Of a stretch of 64,000 nucleotides of DNA, positions 44,429 to 54,189 are shown in pieces (within the stretch, counting starts at the first letter, position 1; every line of letters begins with the position of its first letter). The notes below the pieces were generated by a model. The model saw only the letters and a program-made list of their open reading frames with translations, did not search any database and was not told the DNA's origin. This DNA comes from Actinomycetes bacterium (GTDB lineage: Bacteria > Actinomycetota > Aquicultoria > Aquicultorales > Aquicultoraceae), in the NCBI GenBank assembly GCA_021794835.1, contig JAJYQA010000001.1, positions 3,277 to 67,276 on the forward strand, given 5' to 3'. The position numbers and the translations under genes were made by a program.

Positions 44429-45610
44429 CTATAGGATTTTCTCTAGCTGGCCCAGCTGGTGGAGTACATATTCGCGGATTTCACTAGCGGTTGGAATATC
44501 CCGCACAATCTTCCCGGACCTTACCAGTGGTTTTAGCATCGGAACCCACTTGCCACCGCACACGCAGGACTCGGCGGGTTTTTCGTCTTTTAGAGTAAGT
44601 TTTGAGGTAAAGCACTGTTCGCATCGCCAGAGCTGCTTTGCGCCCGACATCTTACCACGCTTTGCAAATGGCTTTCCGGCTACCTGAATCAGGTCAAATG
44701 AGAAATCCACAACCGGTGCCGAGCTTATGTATGTGCCTACACCGTATGCATCCGTATACTCGTTTAGGTGGGCGATCTTTTCGTCATCCAAACCGCCGCT
44801 GGCAAATATTTTTACATTTTTAAAGCCCCTTAAATCAAGCTCCCATCTAACTTCCTGCATTATTTTGAGAAAGTTGCCTCTTCTTGAGGCTGGCGTATCA
44901 AGCCTCACCGCGTAAAGGTGGTCACCCAACGCGCGAGCTGCCGTCAGTGCACCAAACTTCTCATCCTCAAATGTGTCAACCAGCGCGACCCTTTTTACCG
45001 AAGGGTCGATGACTTCGTCGAAGGCTTTAAACGCAGTTACCTGGTCCTCAAAAACCAGGATGAGCGCGTGCGGCATTGTGCCGGACGGTTTTATTCCTAT
45101 GAGCTCTGCACTTTTGGTTACTGCTACACCATCACAGCCGCCGATATACGCATTTCTTTCAATCATCGGACTTAAGGCCGGGTGCATCCGCCGGGCGCCA
45201 AAACTAACCACCTGTCGCCCGCCTGCTGCTAGCTTACATTTAGCAGCCCTCGTTGCTATACCAGATGCCTGGCATATCAGCCCAAGCATAGCTGTTTCGT
45301 AGACGGCAAAGTCGGTATATACACCGCCTACTGTTAGCACTACATCCTCGGCCTTAAAAAGCGATCCTTCATCAAGGGCATCAACATCGACATCGATGCC
45401 CTCAAAGAGACGGGCTACCTCTTCGACGCCGGCAAATATTGCCCATGGCCAGGACTGCGGAAGGCCGTGCGCTACTGTCTCCCCCAATACTTGTTTGCGG
45501 ATTCCTTTTGTTTCCAGGATTTTTTTATCCCGGATAAAATAAACATCGGTAACCTCGCCGGTTTTTATTTCCTGCTCGGTTGCCGTATAAAACAGCCTAT
45601 CCATTCCCAA
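44429..45610 (-). CDS. Nicotinate phosphoribosyltransferase (archaeal-type, C-terminal zinc ribbon)
   Basis: 393 aa, type II PRTase barrel blocks (FGARRMHP, GTMPHALIL, ASGGLD) and a CEQC..CVCG ribbon. Confidence 0.8.
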   Translation of the reverse strand: MGMDRLFYTATEQEIKTGEVTDVYFIRDKKILETKGIRKQVLGETVAHGLPQSWPWAIFAGVEEVARLFEGIDVDVDALDEGSLFKAEDVVLTVGGVYTDFAVYETAMLGLICQASGIATRAAKCKLAAGGRQVVSFGARRMHPALSPMIERNAYIGGCDGVAVTKSAELIGIKPSGTMPHALILVFEDQVTAFKAFDEVIDPSVKRVALVDTFEDEKFGALTAARALGDHLYAVRLDTPASRRGNFLKIMQEVRWELDLRGFKNVKIFASGGLDDEKIAHLNEYTDAYGVGTYISSAPVVDFSFDLIQVAGKPFAKRGKMSGAKQLWRCEQCFTSKLTLKDEKPAESCVCGGKWVPMLKPLVRSGKIVRDIPTASEIREYVLHQLGQLEKIL

Positions 45611-46136
45611 AATCCTTCTCAGCCCGGTTCAAAAACTCGTTATAAGCCTCGTACCCAAAGAGGACAAACATTATCTTATCAAGAGAGCTATCGTTGTTGC
45701 CGTCTAAGTGTTCTTTAATGATCCGGTACATAACACGCGCCGCCTCATTATAGGGAAAACCGCCTATTCCTGTCCCGAGGGCTGGAAAGGCCACGCTTTT
45801 TATGCCGGCATTTTCAGCAATGTTTAAAGCTGAAAGGGTCGCGTTTCTAATTTTCTCCGCATCGGTAATTAAATCAATTCCCATAACCGCGGCATGGATT
45901 ATGTAATCTGCTCTCAACTTACCGGCCGGGGTTATTACGGCAGATCCTATCTGTATTGGACCTTTCTTTACAGCCTCTTCTTCAATCTCCTGGCCGCCCT
46001 TTTTCTTTAACGCTCCGGCAACTCCGGCACCCATATAAAGCTGGTTGTTCGCGGGGTTTACTACCGCCCCAACCACGGCATCGGTAATATCCCCTTGCTC
46101 TATCAATATTTCGGTATTACCAATCTTGTACGGCAT
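45597..46136 (-). CDS. Macro-domain protein (ADP-ribose / O-acetyl-ADP-ribose hydrolase-like)
   Basis: GDITDAVVGAVVNPANNQLYMGAGVAGAL and FPALGTGIGGFP motifs. Probable start is the ATG at 46136 (MPYKIG); the track start is the TTG at 46172. The 3' end overlaps NAPRT by 14 nt. Confidence 0.85.
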   Translation of the reverse strand: MPYKIGNTEILIEQGDITDAVVGAVVNPANNQLYMGAGVAGALKKKGGQEIEEEAVKKGPIQIGSAVITPAGKLRADYIIHAAVMGIDLITDAEKIRNATLSALNIAENAGIKSVAFPALGTGIGGFPYNEAARVMYRIIKEHLDGNNDSSLDKIMFVLFGYEAYNEFLNRAEKDFGNG

Positions 46137-46314
46137 AACGTCCCCCTGGTCACCTTTACCTTTATAGCCCAATATTACACCAGCTTAAACTTTTTGGTTA
46201 GTGGTAAATCCCTAGTTTTTTACTTAGTCCAGCTGTAATTCAAAAGCTTATGATTTATTAGCCAAGATTGTGGGTATAAAAACCGAGCATCTATTTATAC
46301 TGATGGAGTCTGTT

Positions 46315-46626
46315 ATGAAGACACCTGGGGATTTTAGCTGCCAGATACTAAAGCTTGAACACGAGTTGCTTATTAGCTTACAAGGAAACCTTGATATGTA
46401 TACTACTTCGATCCTGCAAGAAAACCTCTGGGGTCACCTAGACCCTGATATCAATAAAATCACAATTGATTGCGACTGGGTACAGTATGTGGATAGCTCC
46501 TTCCTGCAGTTTCTAACAAGAGTAGCAAGTCAGGTTGAAACGGTACGAGTGATAAATGCAAGTCGGACGATAAGGAAGATATTTAAGGTTACGGGACTGG
46601 ATGAAGCATTTATCGTCGACGATTAG
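46315..46626 (+). CDS. STAS-domain anti-sigma-factor antagonist
   Basis: SpoIIAA/RsbV-like (LISLQGNLD ... VQYVDSSFLQFL with the conserved DSS serine). The ATG at 46315 lies 6 nt after GGAG; the track start is the GTG at 46270. Confidence 0.75.
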   Translation: MKTPGDFSCQILKLEHELLISLQGNLDMYTTSILQENLWGHLDPDINKITIDCDWVQYVDSSFLQFLTRVASQVETVRVINASRTIRKIFKVTGLDEAFIVDD

Positions 46627-46643
46627 TTAGCTATTGCGTTAAC

Positions 46644-47081
46644 TTACAGCTCATGTAGATCGTCGCCGCCCAGCAATTTAACTCCTGCTCCCTGTAGTAT
46701 ATCAATAGCTCTACTGGCATCTTCTATGCGCATTATATCAACTGCTGCGTTGCGCTCCGTATCCAAGAAGCAGTAGAGATACTCAATATTTAGGCTGTTG
46801 TCATTTAGAACAGACAGAATCTTTGCAAGACTTCCTGGTTTATCAAGTAACTCGACCGCAACTACATCGGTTTCGCTGACCGTAAATTGGTTTTCCTTTA
46901 GGATATCGATGGCCTTCCTAGGTTTATCAACTATCATGCGTAAGATGCCAAAATCGGATGTATCTGCGATAAAAAGAGCCCTTATATTAATATCGTTTTC
47001 GGCAAGGACTCTTGTCACATCGGCCAGACGCCCCTGCTTATTTTCTAAAAACACTGAAAGCTGAGTTGCTTTCATTTTCAC
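46644..47081 (-). CDS. Tandem ACT-domain protein
   Basis: 145 aa, two ACT repeats (LSVFLENKQGRLADV.., VELLDKPGSLAKI..), downstream of paaK as commonly seen. The likely start, ATG 47075, is preceded by the repeat-borne GAGGTGA. Confidence 0.8.
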   Translation of the reverse strand: MKMKATQLSVFLENKQGRLADVTRVLAENDINIRALFIADTSDFGILRMIVDKPRKAIDILKENQFTVSETDVVAVELLDKPGSLAKILSVLNDNSLNIEYLYCFLDTERNAAVDIMRIEDASRAIDILQGAGVKLLGGDDLHEL

Positions 47082-47156
47082 CTCTCACCCTTTCACCGGC
47101 TATTAATTAGACATTCGAAAATTGTAATTCAAAATTAGCCCACTCTCTAAACCCTA
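47082..47156 (-). repeat. R2 intergenic repeat, copy D
   Basis: Minus strand TAGGGTTTAG..GAATTACAATTTTCGAATGTCTAATTAATAGCC GGTGAAAG GGTGAGAG GTGAAAATG. TAG is the paaK stop, and the last box runs into the ACT gene start. Confidence 0.7.
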
Positions 47157-48455
47157 ATTCAGATTTCGCCTGTCAATAACTCGTTTTGCTTTGCCTTCGC
47201 TTCGCTGGATAGTTTTTGGCTCAACCAGCTTGACGTCTACTGAGATATTAAGAACGCTTTCAATTTCCCCTTTTACCTTCCTCTCAAAATCTTCAAGCTG
47301 CCTCACCCTATCCGAGAAAAACCTCTCGTTAACCTCCACCTGAACCTCTAGTATATCAAGTTTACCGGTCCTATCCACGATGAGCTGGTAATGGGGTTCG
47401 GTCCCCTCTATTTTCATTAGAACGCTCTCGATCTGGGACGGAAACACGTTTACACCTCTTATAATAAGCATGTCATCCGTCCTACCGGTTACCCTGTCCA
47501 TGCGAGCGGTAGTTCTGCCGCATGCGCACCGCTCAAAGTTTATCGCCGAGATATCTCTCGTACGATAGCGAATTACTGGGGTTGCTTCTTTTGTAATAGT
47601 CGTAAAGACCAGTTCACCTTTTTCCCCCGGCGGTAACCTCTTGCCGGTATCCGGGTCAATGACCTCGACAATGAAATGATCCTCACCGATATGTAGGCCG
47701 TCTTTTTCTGGACACTCGTAGGCGACTCCTGGTCCTATAATCTCACTTAGACCATAGATATCTATTGCAAGGATACCGAGTCTCTCCTCGATATCTTTTC
47801 TCATGCTGTTCGACCATGGCTCGGCGCCAAACACGCCTGCCTTTAGTTTTAGCTCGCTGTTTTTAACACCCATCTCTTTGGCTACTTCGGCAAGGTAAAG
47901 TGCATAGGAAGGGGTACAGGCCAGGATGGTGCTGCCAAAGTCTTGCATGATCGTGATTTGGCGTTTTGTGTTTCCACCGGATACCGGAATAACCGATGCT
48001 CCCACCCGCTCGGCCCCATAATGAACGCCAAGGCCCCCGGTAAAAAGCCCGTACCCGTAGGCATTATGAACTACATCGTCTGATGTGGCTCCCGCTGCAG
48101 ATAGCGTCCTAGCCATAAGCTCGGCCCAGATATCTATATCGTTTTTCGTATAACCGACAACGGTAGATTTTCCGGTTGTACCTGACGAAGCATGAAGTCT
48201 TACGATATCCTTCATGGGGACCGCAAATATTCCGAAAGGATAATTATCCCGGAGGTCTGTCTTTAAAGTAAAGGGGAATTTCTGTAGGTCATCAAGCGTC
48301 TTTATGGAATCGGGCCCTAATCCCGCCTCATCAAACCGTTTCTTATACATTGGCACGTTTTCATAAACCCGCTTGACGGTGCTACGAAGCCCCTCTAGCT
48401 GGAGTACCTCAAGTTGCTCGCGGGGCATTGTTTCAATTTCTTTATTCCAGATCAT
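47154..48455 (-). CDS. paaK: Phenylacetate--CoA ligase
   Basis: 433 aa adenylate-forming enzyme ([16 protein letters not shown], the [13 protein letters not shown] hinge) with PaaK-type length. Confidence 0.9.
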   Translation of the reverse strand: MIWNKEIETMPREQLEVLQLEGLRSTVKRVYENVPMYKKRFDEAGLGPDSIKTLDDLQKFPFTLKTDLRDNYPFGIFAVPMKDIVRLHASSGTTGKSTVVGYTKNDIDIWAELMARTLSAAGATSDDVVHNAYGYGLFTGGLGVHYGAERVGASVIPVSGGNTKRQITIMQDFGSTILACTPSYALYLAEVAKEMGVKNSELKLKAGVFGAEPWSNSMRKDIEERLGILAIDIYGLSEIIGPGVAYECPEKDGLHIGEDHFIVEVIDPDTGKRLPPGEKGELVFTTITKEATPVIRYRTRDISAINFERCACGRTTARMDRVTGRTDDMLIIRGVNVFPSQIESVLMKIEGTEPHYQLIVDRTGKLDILEVQVEVNERFFSDRVRQLEDFERKVKGEIESVLNISVDVKLVEPKTIQRSEGKAKRVIDRRNLN

Positions 48456-48512
48456 ATGCGCACTCCTTGCCTTGAAATCTCTTTACATAATAACCAAAAT
48501 ATGCGCATACTT

Positions 48513-48662
48513 CCAGTACAGCGTCGCTTAAGCGACGCTGTACTGGAGATTAGAAATTAGGTAGTAGAAAGTAGATTGAATAATTGTGGGATAGATTAGA
48601 TAAATGAGGGCCTCATTACTCGTGCAATTTCTAATCGGTCTAATCTCTAATTTCTACTCTCT
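48513..48662 (+). repeat. R1 MITE-like repeat, copy 3 (inverted, diverged)
   Basis: 34-nt perfect palindrome CCAGTACAGCGTCGCTTAAGCGACGCTGTACTGG (48513-46), then GAGATTAGAAATTAG..GCAATTTCTAATCGGTCTAAT collinear with the reverse complement of copies 1 and 2. Confidence 0.85.
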
Positions 48663-48673
48663 TGAAGTATATG

Positions 48674-50509
48674 TTACTGCGCGGTTCCCGCGGTAGGAAT
48701 TCCCCCAACCGTACTGGTCGCTGGGGCAGGCGCCGCTCCGGTACCTATTCTTATTATAGCCTTCTGAGGTATATACCGGCTAAAAAACTTGTCCTTTCTT
48801 ACCTCGGCGCCGTTTCTGTAAACAGTTCTATAAACGGTAACATCACAACCGCTAAAGCCATTTTGAACCTGTTTGGTAATCCCTGTCGGCAACGTAGGGT
48901 CTTCTATAGTTTGCGGTGCGAGATTCGTAAAATTGGTTGGGCCATTAGTTGTGTAATCCACCTTCACGTTCTGGTTGGTGCCATAGAAGCTAATTGTAAT
49001 TGAGCTTGCGGTTGTTTTAACCTTTATCAGAATATACGTGGGGGTATCGTTTTTAAACTTCAAATCGGGGCCGCCCCATGAGACAGTTGCGTCGCGACCC
49101 AGAGGATATTCGCTGATGAGGAAGCTGTGGTTGTATCTCTCAACAACCTTATACCCCCCAAAGAATATAGTATTAAACAGCGTGGTGGCAACCTGGCAGA
49201 TGCCGCCGCCTAACTCGGGGACTAGTTTCCCATTCATTATAGCGGGAGCTTCTTGATACCCCTTCTCGGCTGTCCTCGGACCTATTTCGCCATTGAAAGA
49301 AAATACCTCGTTAGGTGCCACTAGGCTGCCGTCAAGCGTGCTTCCGAGAAGCCGTATATTATGAACCCTTGCGGCCTGCACCGGATTATAGAAGGTGGTA
49401 AAGCTGGTTATCTTCTCCTTTATGCCCATCTTGCTGGCATCCTCGGTAGTAAGTTTTGCTCTTACGGGCACCGTTGAGAGCAAGACCTCCCTATTGCCGG
49501 GGTCTTTGCTGGCGTTAAGTATGTCGTTATAAGCCTTATTAAGATCAACCTGTAAGCCATCGCTACTAGGAATTATCGTGACCTTGTCGTCATCCTCAAT
49601 TTTAAATTGAGCGTCCTGTGGTTCTATAGTTATTCCCTTGGTTAGGTCCTCAAGATACTTGCTTACCTTGTCTTTATCAAAGGTTGCATTAAGGCTCCAG
49701 TAGGTTCCCTTCCTCGTCTTAATAAAGGCCACCCAACCCGAAATCTGCCGAACCGAAACGTCCCATGTGTTATCGCGATATTTAAGTACGATCGGATACT
49801 TTATCATCTCGGTAACGGACTTCTTAGTTTCGTCAAGGTGGTCTGCAGTTATATCAGGCTTTGATATTTTAATTGGCAGAGCCACTTTGTAGGTATCTTT
49901 AGATACAAGCAACTGCTGTATCTTATTTGTGAGAGATTTTTTATCAACCCGGCGGCCGTCTTTGCTGTCCGTTATCGCAGCGCGACCATCAATAATCTTG
50001 AGTTGCGCATCTTCCGCCGGGACGTCAACTGTTTTTGCGATTCCATCGATGAGATTATAGAGCTTTTCCTTATCGTAGGTAAAAACCGGCAAGATATTCT
50101 TTGGTTTGAACCAGAGAGATATCTTTTCGCCAATTGATTTAAAAACACCGTTCTGGCGACCAACTTTAAATGCGTTTTGAACGGTCTTTTCCCGGTTAAT
50201 ATTAACTTTTAACTCTGTTGGGTCGATCTCCCAGACCTTGCCTTGGTACTTAACGGTGATGGTTCTTTTTTCAAGCCTACTGGCAAGTTTATTTACCTCG
50301 GCGAGAGCCTCTTTTTCGTCCATTCCTCCAACAGCTATTCCACTTACGGTAACTCCCCCGTGGACCTTATTAACAAAAAGAGCTGCATCAACGATGCCAA
50401 ACAGTATGAAAATACTAAGGATAGAGGCAATCACAATAACCGCCATCCTCTTGGCAGGATTGCCCATTATGTTCCTTATATAGGTGTTTAAATCCGTTCT
50501 TTCTCTCAT
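48674..50509 (-). CDS. VanW family protein with PG-binding and G5-like domains
   Basis: 611 aa, N-terminal TM, and a VanW core (FSFNGEIGPRTAEKGY..GGGICQVATTLFN). Confidence 0.8.
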   Translation of the reverse strand: MRERTDLNTYIRNIMGNPAKRMAVIVIASILSIFILFGIVDAALFVNKVHGGVTVSGIAVGGMDEKEALAEVNKLASRLEKRTITVKYQGKVWEIDPTELKVNINREKTVQNAFKVGRQNGVFKSIGEKISLWFKPKNILPVFTYDKEKLYNLIDGIAKTVDVPAEDAQLKIIDGRAAITDSKDGRRVDKKSLTNKIQQLLVSKDTYKVALPIKISKPDITADHLDETKKSVTEMIKYPIVLKYRDNTWDVSVRQISGWVAFIKTRKGTYWSLNATFDKDKVSKYLEDLTKGITIEPQDAQFKIEDDDKVTIIPSSDGLQVDLNKAYNDILNASKDPGNREVLLSTVPVRAKLTTEDASKMGIKEKITSFTTFYNPVQAARVHNIRLLGSTLDGSLVAPNEVFSFNGEIGPRTAEKGYQEAPAIMNGKLVPELGGGICQVATTLFNTIFFGGYKVVERYNHSFLISEYPLGRDATVSWGGPDLKFKNDTPTYILIKVKTTASSITISFYGTNQNVKVDYTTNGPTNFTNLAPQTIEDPTLPTGITKQVQNGFSGCDVTVYRTVYRNGAEVRKDKFFSRYIPQKAIIRIGTGAAPAPATSTVGGIPTAGTAQ

Positions 50510-50512
50510 CTA

Positions 50513-51205
50513 TTACCTGCTTGAAGCTATCGAATCGATCTCCATATTATTATCCTCGGCTATATTAAAAACAACGCCCGGGAGAGACGAAAGTTTGTCT
50601 CTGATGCCACCATTTATTGTTAGCGCATCGGATAACATTTTACTGTCACCGATTGCCAGAATCTCATAAGGCGACGAGACCTGTTTCTGATCGATAAAAA
50701 TCCCCCTCTTGTCTTGCATGATTCCAGTACGTGCAACAACCCTTACTCCATTTACTGATATAGCCTCCGCTCCCCCGCCCCTTAGTTCGGTTATTAGATC
50801 TACTAGATCGCTTGAGGCTAAAGCTGAGTGTTCGTCGATTAACTGAATTTCAATTCCGGGACCGCTTACTTTTGTTAAGCCAGCGATCACCTTAAGGTCG
50901 TTAAGGTTCTTGGAGGACTCTTCCATAACGGCCGCACTATTATTACTCGCACGCTTTATCTGGAAAAGCTGTAACCGTAAATCTGCAGCCTCTGCTTTAA
51001 GTTCGTTTACCTCGCTACCTTGATCGCTCACGATCTTGCCAAGATCATCCTCGGTCGCTGCTTGTAAAGCTTGCGCTGCGGTCTGCTGAGCACGAAGCTG
51101 CGTTACTATCAATACGCCGATTACGACGGTAACTACGGCAATCGCCAACTGTGTCCTCTTCGCTTGGTTGTTTAGCTTTTTAACAAAGTCCCAAAATTGC
51201 GACAA
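50513..51205 (-). CDS. DUF881 domain protein
   Basis: 230 aa, TM plus coiled coil plus the DUF881 core (VSGPGIEI..DLVDLITELRGGGAEAISVNGVR); TTG start. Confidence 0.85.
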   Translation of the reverse strand: MSQFWDFVKKLNNQAKRTQLAIAVVTVVIGVLIVTQLRAQQTAAQALQAATEDDLGKIVSDQGSEVNELKAEAADLRLQLFQIKRASNNSAAVMEESSKNLNDLKVIAGLTKVSGPGIEIQLIDEHSALASSDLVDLITELRGGGAEAISVNGVRVVARTGIMQDKRGIFIDQKQVSSPYEILAIGDSKMLSDALTINGGIRDKLSSLPGVVFNIAEDNNMEIDSIASSR

Positions 51206-51215
51206 CTTCCACTAC

Positions 51216-51410
51216 CACTCCATCCCGTATCAACTAACCATAAGATTTCTTAAATAATCAAAGAAATTAGAGATTAGACCGATTAGAAATTGCTCTTTGA
51301 GTCAAAATAACCCTCATTAATCTAATCTATCCCTCAATAATTCAATCTACTTACTACTTTCTAATTTCTAATCTCCAGTACAGCGTCACTTTGTGACGCT
51401 GTACTACTCC
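51216..51410 (-). repeat. R1 MITE-like repeat, copy 2
   Basis: Near-identical to 16938-17135; hairpin at 51376-51404. Fills the whole sbp/DUF881 spacer and contains the sbp stop codon. Confidence 0.9.
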
Positions 51411-51742
51411 CAATGCCGTTTCTGAAAATAGTATCTTCTTACAAGTGCAAGGTTCTGGAATAGGCGAACTCCAAAGGCAACCACCGCGGCCAGATATAGA
51501 TCGATTCCCAGCCTATCGCCCATAAAAACGATAAAGGCTGCCATTAAAGTATTACTAAATATCCCAGTAAAAAACAACTTTTCGTTAAATTTCATCTCCA
51601 GGCTTGCCCGCAATCCGCCGATCGCGCTATCGAGAGCCGCCAGAACTGCAATTCCAAGATACTTCGACAAAGCTACCGGTACCGGAATATTCAACACTAG
51701 TCCTAATATTATACCGATTATTAATCCTATTAGAGGTAACAA
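51404..51742 (-). CDS. Small basic family protein (DUF1290, Sbp)
   Basis: 112 aa, 3-4 TM, ALDSAIGGLRA block; sits between two DUF881 genes as in Rv1825-Rv1823. Confidence 0.85.
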   Translation of the reverse strand: MLPLIGLIIGIILGLVLNIPVPVALSKYLGIAVLAALDSAIGGLRASLEMKFNEKLFFTGIFSNTLMAAFIVFMGDRLGIDLYLAAVVAFGVRLFQNLALVRRYYFQKRHWE

Positions 51743-52510
51743 TTATTTCCCTCCTCCTACAACACTTGCCTTATCTATCAGTAGACCGCCGTTATATCCG
51801 TTTATCGACATATTATTTTCCTGGTCGATTGATACTTTAAGGCCGTAAAACTTAGCGACATCGTTTAAAAACTGCCTCGAGCTAGCATCTTCATTCAAAG
51901 CACTCTTCAGTTTATCGGGATTACCAATGGCTTTTATTGTATATGGAGAGCTTAGTCTAGTCGAGTTTATGAGGATAAAATCGCCAGCACAGCGTATTGA
52001 CGAGGTCGAAATGAGCCTCTGGTTGTTAACCGAGATCGCCTGGGCACCGCCTACCCAGAGAGTATTAACAATAAGTCTAATATCATAATCATGAATCACA
52101 TAGTTATTTGGGTTAGGATCGTCTTTTGGATACTGCGGATTGTCGGCAAGCGTAACGGCCAGTCCCCTGCCTTTGGCTTGAACCAGGCCGGCCGCCGTTT
52201 TTACCTTATTGAGTTCTTTTGTATAGGACGTGAGGATACCTTGGTTCTTTGCCGCAAGTTCCTCGTATTTTGCGATCTGCGCACGCTCGCCTTTAATTTC
52301 GCTCTCTAGCTTACCCCTAGATTTTTCAAGCTCATGTATTGTTTCTATAAGGTTTTTCTTGCGTGTTGAATTAAGAGCCTCTTCATTTCTCTGCTGCGTA
52401 TTAAACGATGTTGCCAGGAGCACACCTAGCACCACACAGACTAGCGCCAGCGAAAGATGCCAATTTATCTTCAACGATATTACCCCACGGGAAAGTATAA
52501 TATTCTCCAA
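51743..52510 (-). CDS. DUF881 domain protein
   Basis: 255 aa, TM plus coiled coil plus the DUF881 core (AKGRGLAVTL..DIRLIVNTLWVGGAQAISVNNQR). Confidence 0.85.
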   Translation of the reverse strand: MENIILSRGVISLKINWHLSLALVCVVLGVLLATSFNTQQRNEEALNSTRKKNLIETIHELEKSRGKLESEIKGERAQIAKYEELAAKNQGILTSYTKELNKVKTAAGLVQAKGRGLAVTLADNPQYPKDDPNPNNYVIHDYDIRLIVNTLWVGGAQAISVNNQRLISTSSIRCAGDFILINSTRLSSPYTIKAIGNPDKLKSALNEDASSRQFLNDVAKFYGLKVSIDQENNMSINGYNGGLLIDKASVVGGGK

Positions 52511-52674
52511 GTATATACGATTGTTTTATTAGTTAGAATATGCCGTAACCAGGTTTAATAAGTAAGCAGTAAGAAGTATGCAGCATGAAGTAGGCAAAAT
52601 ATAGTCTAAAGTTTTTCCTTTTTATCTTTTAACCATTTCACTGTTCTGCCAGTGTGCGCCCGATAAATAGGCAT

Positions 52675-52743
52675 CTACACTCCGATTCACCCATTCACCG
52701 GTCGTTAATTCGACATTTAAAAATTCGTAATTCGACATTCCCT
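52675..52743 (-). repeat. R2 intergenic repeat, copy C
   Basis: Minus strand TAGGGAATGTCGAATTACGAATTTTTAAATGTCGAATTAACGACC GGTGAATG GGTGAATC GGAGTGTAG. TAG is the PMM stop. Confidence 0.8.
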
Positions 52744-54145
52744 AGGTTATTATGTGCTCTATATCTTTAAAGCGATCTTTCTCCCTAGATTCCGTGTATA
52801 TTCTTATTAGCGGCTCAGTCCCCGATGGTCTGACAAGTACCCAGTCGCTACCTTCAAGGGTAAACCTGATGCCATCAACAAAGCTTACATCCATAACTCT
52901 CTCGCCTGCGATCTCCCGAAGGGGATTCTCTTTAAGATCCTTGAGCAGTCGTTCCTTTTTCTCCTGCGGAAGACGCACGTCTACCCGCTGGGTATACAGG
53001 CGGCTATATTTCTCGTATATACCATTGAGTATCTCAGTCAGCGGCTTTTTCTCATATGCCACCATCTCGGCAAGTAACATATCCGCAAGCAAACCATCTT
53101 TTTCCGGAATATGGCCTCCTATGCTTAAACCACCACTCTCCTCGCCACCCATAATAACAGGCTCTTTCATCATAACCTGTGCAATATATTTAAAGCCGAC
53201 AGGCACTTCAACAACGTGCGTGCCGTAAGCCTGCGCTATGCGGTCTAGCAAATGGGTAGTTGCAACGGTCCTAACTATCACGCCCTTAAAGCCCCTGTTC
53301 TTTAGAAGATGTACCGCCACCAGGCTTAATACCTGGTTTGCCGTTATATAGGTACCATCGTAATCAATTGCGCCGAACCTGTCGGCATCACCATCAAGCG
53401 CAAGACCCATATCAGCCTTCATCCTCACGACCTTGTCTCTAAGCTCGCCAAGGTGCATCTCGCTAGGGTCAGGGTATGAGCCGCCAAAGAGTACATCTCG
53501 ATAATTATGTATTGTCTCTACGGTACATCCGGCTTCGGCAAGAAGTGTATCCATCAATCCCTGAGCCGCTCCCCACATTGGGTCAAGGGAAATTTTCAGA
53601 CGGCTTTCCCTTAGCTTTCCGAAGTTAACAAGTGTAGATATATGCTTTGTATAATTTGGCATTGGCTCGATTTCTCTTAGAAGCTCGTGTCCTTCAAGCG
53701 GAGCCGATAGTATCTGCCCGCCCTCACTTATCGAAGCTATGTGCTTTTCGATTTTGTTTGTTATCTCTGGATTGGCCGGACCCGCATATTCGGGGATAAA
53801 TTTAATGCCGTTGTACTCAGGCGGGTTGTGGCTTGCCGTAAGCATAATAGCGCCTGCTGTATTATAAGCCTTTATAGAAAACGCAGTAATAGGGGTAGGC
53901 AAAGCCCTTCTTGCCATATAGACGGGGATGCCATTCCCTAGCATAATAGATATGCACTCAGACGCAAACTTTTCTGCAAAAAAGCGGGTGTCATACCCAA
54001 CGACTATTCCCTTTTCATATAGGCCTTCTTCTTTAAGATGATCTGCTATGGCTTGCGCAACAATCCTAACGTTTGAGATTATGAACGTATCGTTCATAAC
54101 CGCACGCCAACCATCAGTACCGAATTTGATTACTGAGTCTGACAT
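52742..54145 (-). CDS. Phosphoglucomutase/phosphomannomutase (alpha-D-phosphohexomutase)
   Basis: 467 aa with an intact phosphoserine loop TASHNP and metal loop DGDADR. Confidence 0.9.
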   Translation of the reverse strand: MSDSVIKFGTDGWRAVMNDTFIISNVRIVAQAIADHLKEEGLYEKGIVVGYDTRFFAEKFASECISIMLGNGIPVYMARRALPTPITAFSIKAYNTAGAIMLTASHNPPEYNGIKFIPEYAGPANPEITNKIEKHIASISEGGQILSAPLEGHELLREIEPMPNYTKHISTLVNFGKLRESRLKISLDPMWGAAQGLMDTLLAEAGCTVETIHNYRDVLFGGSYPDPSEMHLGELRDKVVRMKADMGLALDGDADRFGAIDYDGTYITANQVLSLVAVHLLKNRGFKGVIVRTVATTHLLDRIAQAYGTHVVEVPVGFKYIAQVMMKEPVIMGGEESGGLSIGGHIPEKDGLLADMLLAEMVAYEKKPLTEILNGIYEKYSRLYTQRVDVRLPQEKKERLLKDLKENPLREIAGERVMDVSFVDGIRFTLEGSDWVLVRPSGTEPLIRIYTESREKDRFKDIEHIIT

Positions 54146-54189
54146 ATTTACCTCGTAGCTCGCTCCTTGTAGAGTCCCTGGACCCTACA

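Noticed and set aside
16938-51410. Possibility that the R1/R2 repeats represent a CRISPR array or its remnants.
   Set aside because: The copies are 150-195 bp (R1) or 50-80 bp (R2), are separated by many kb of genes, occur in both orientations, and have no regular spacer architecture or cas genes.
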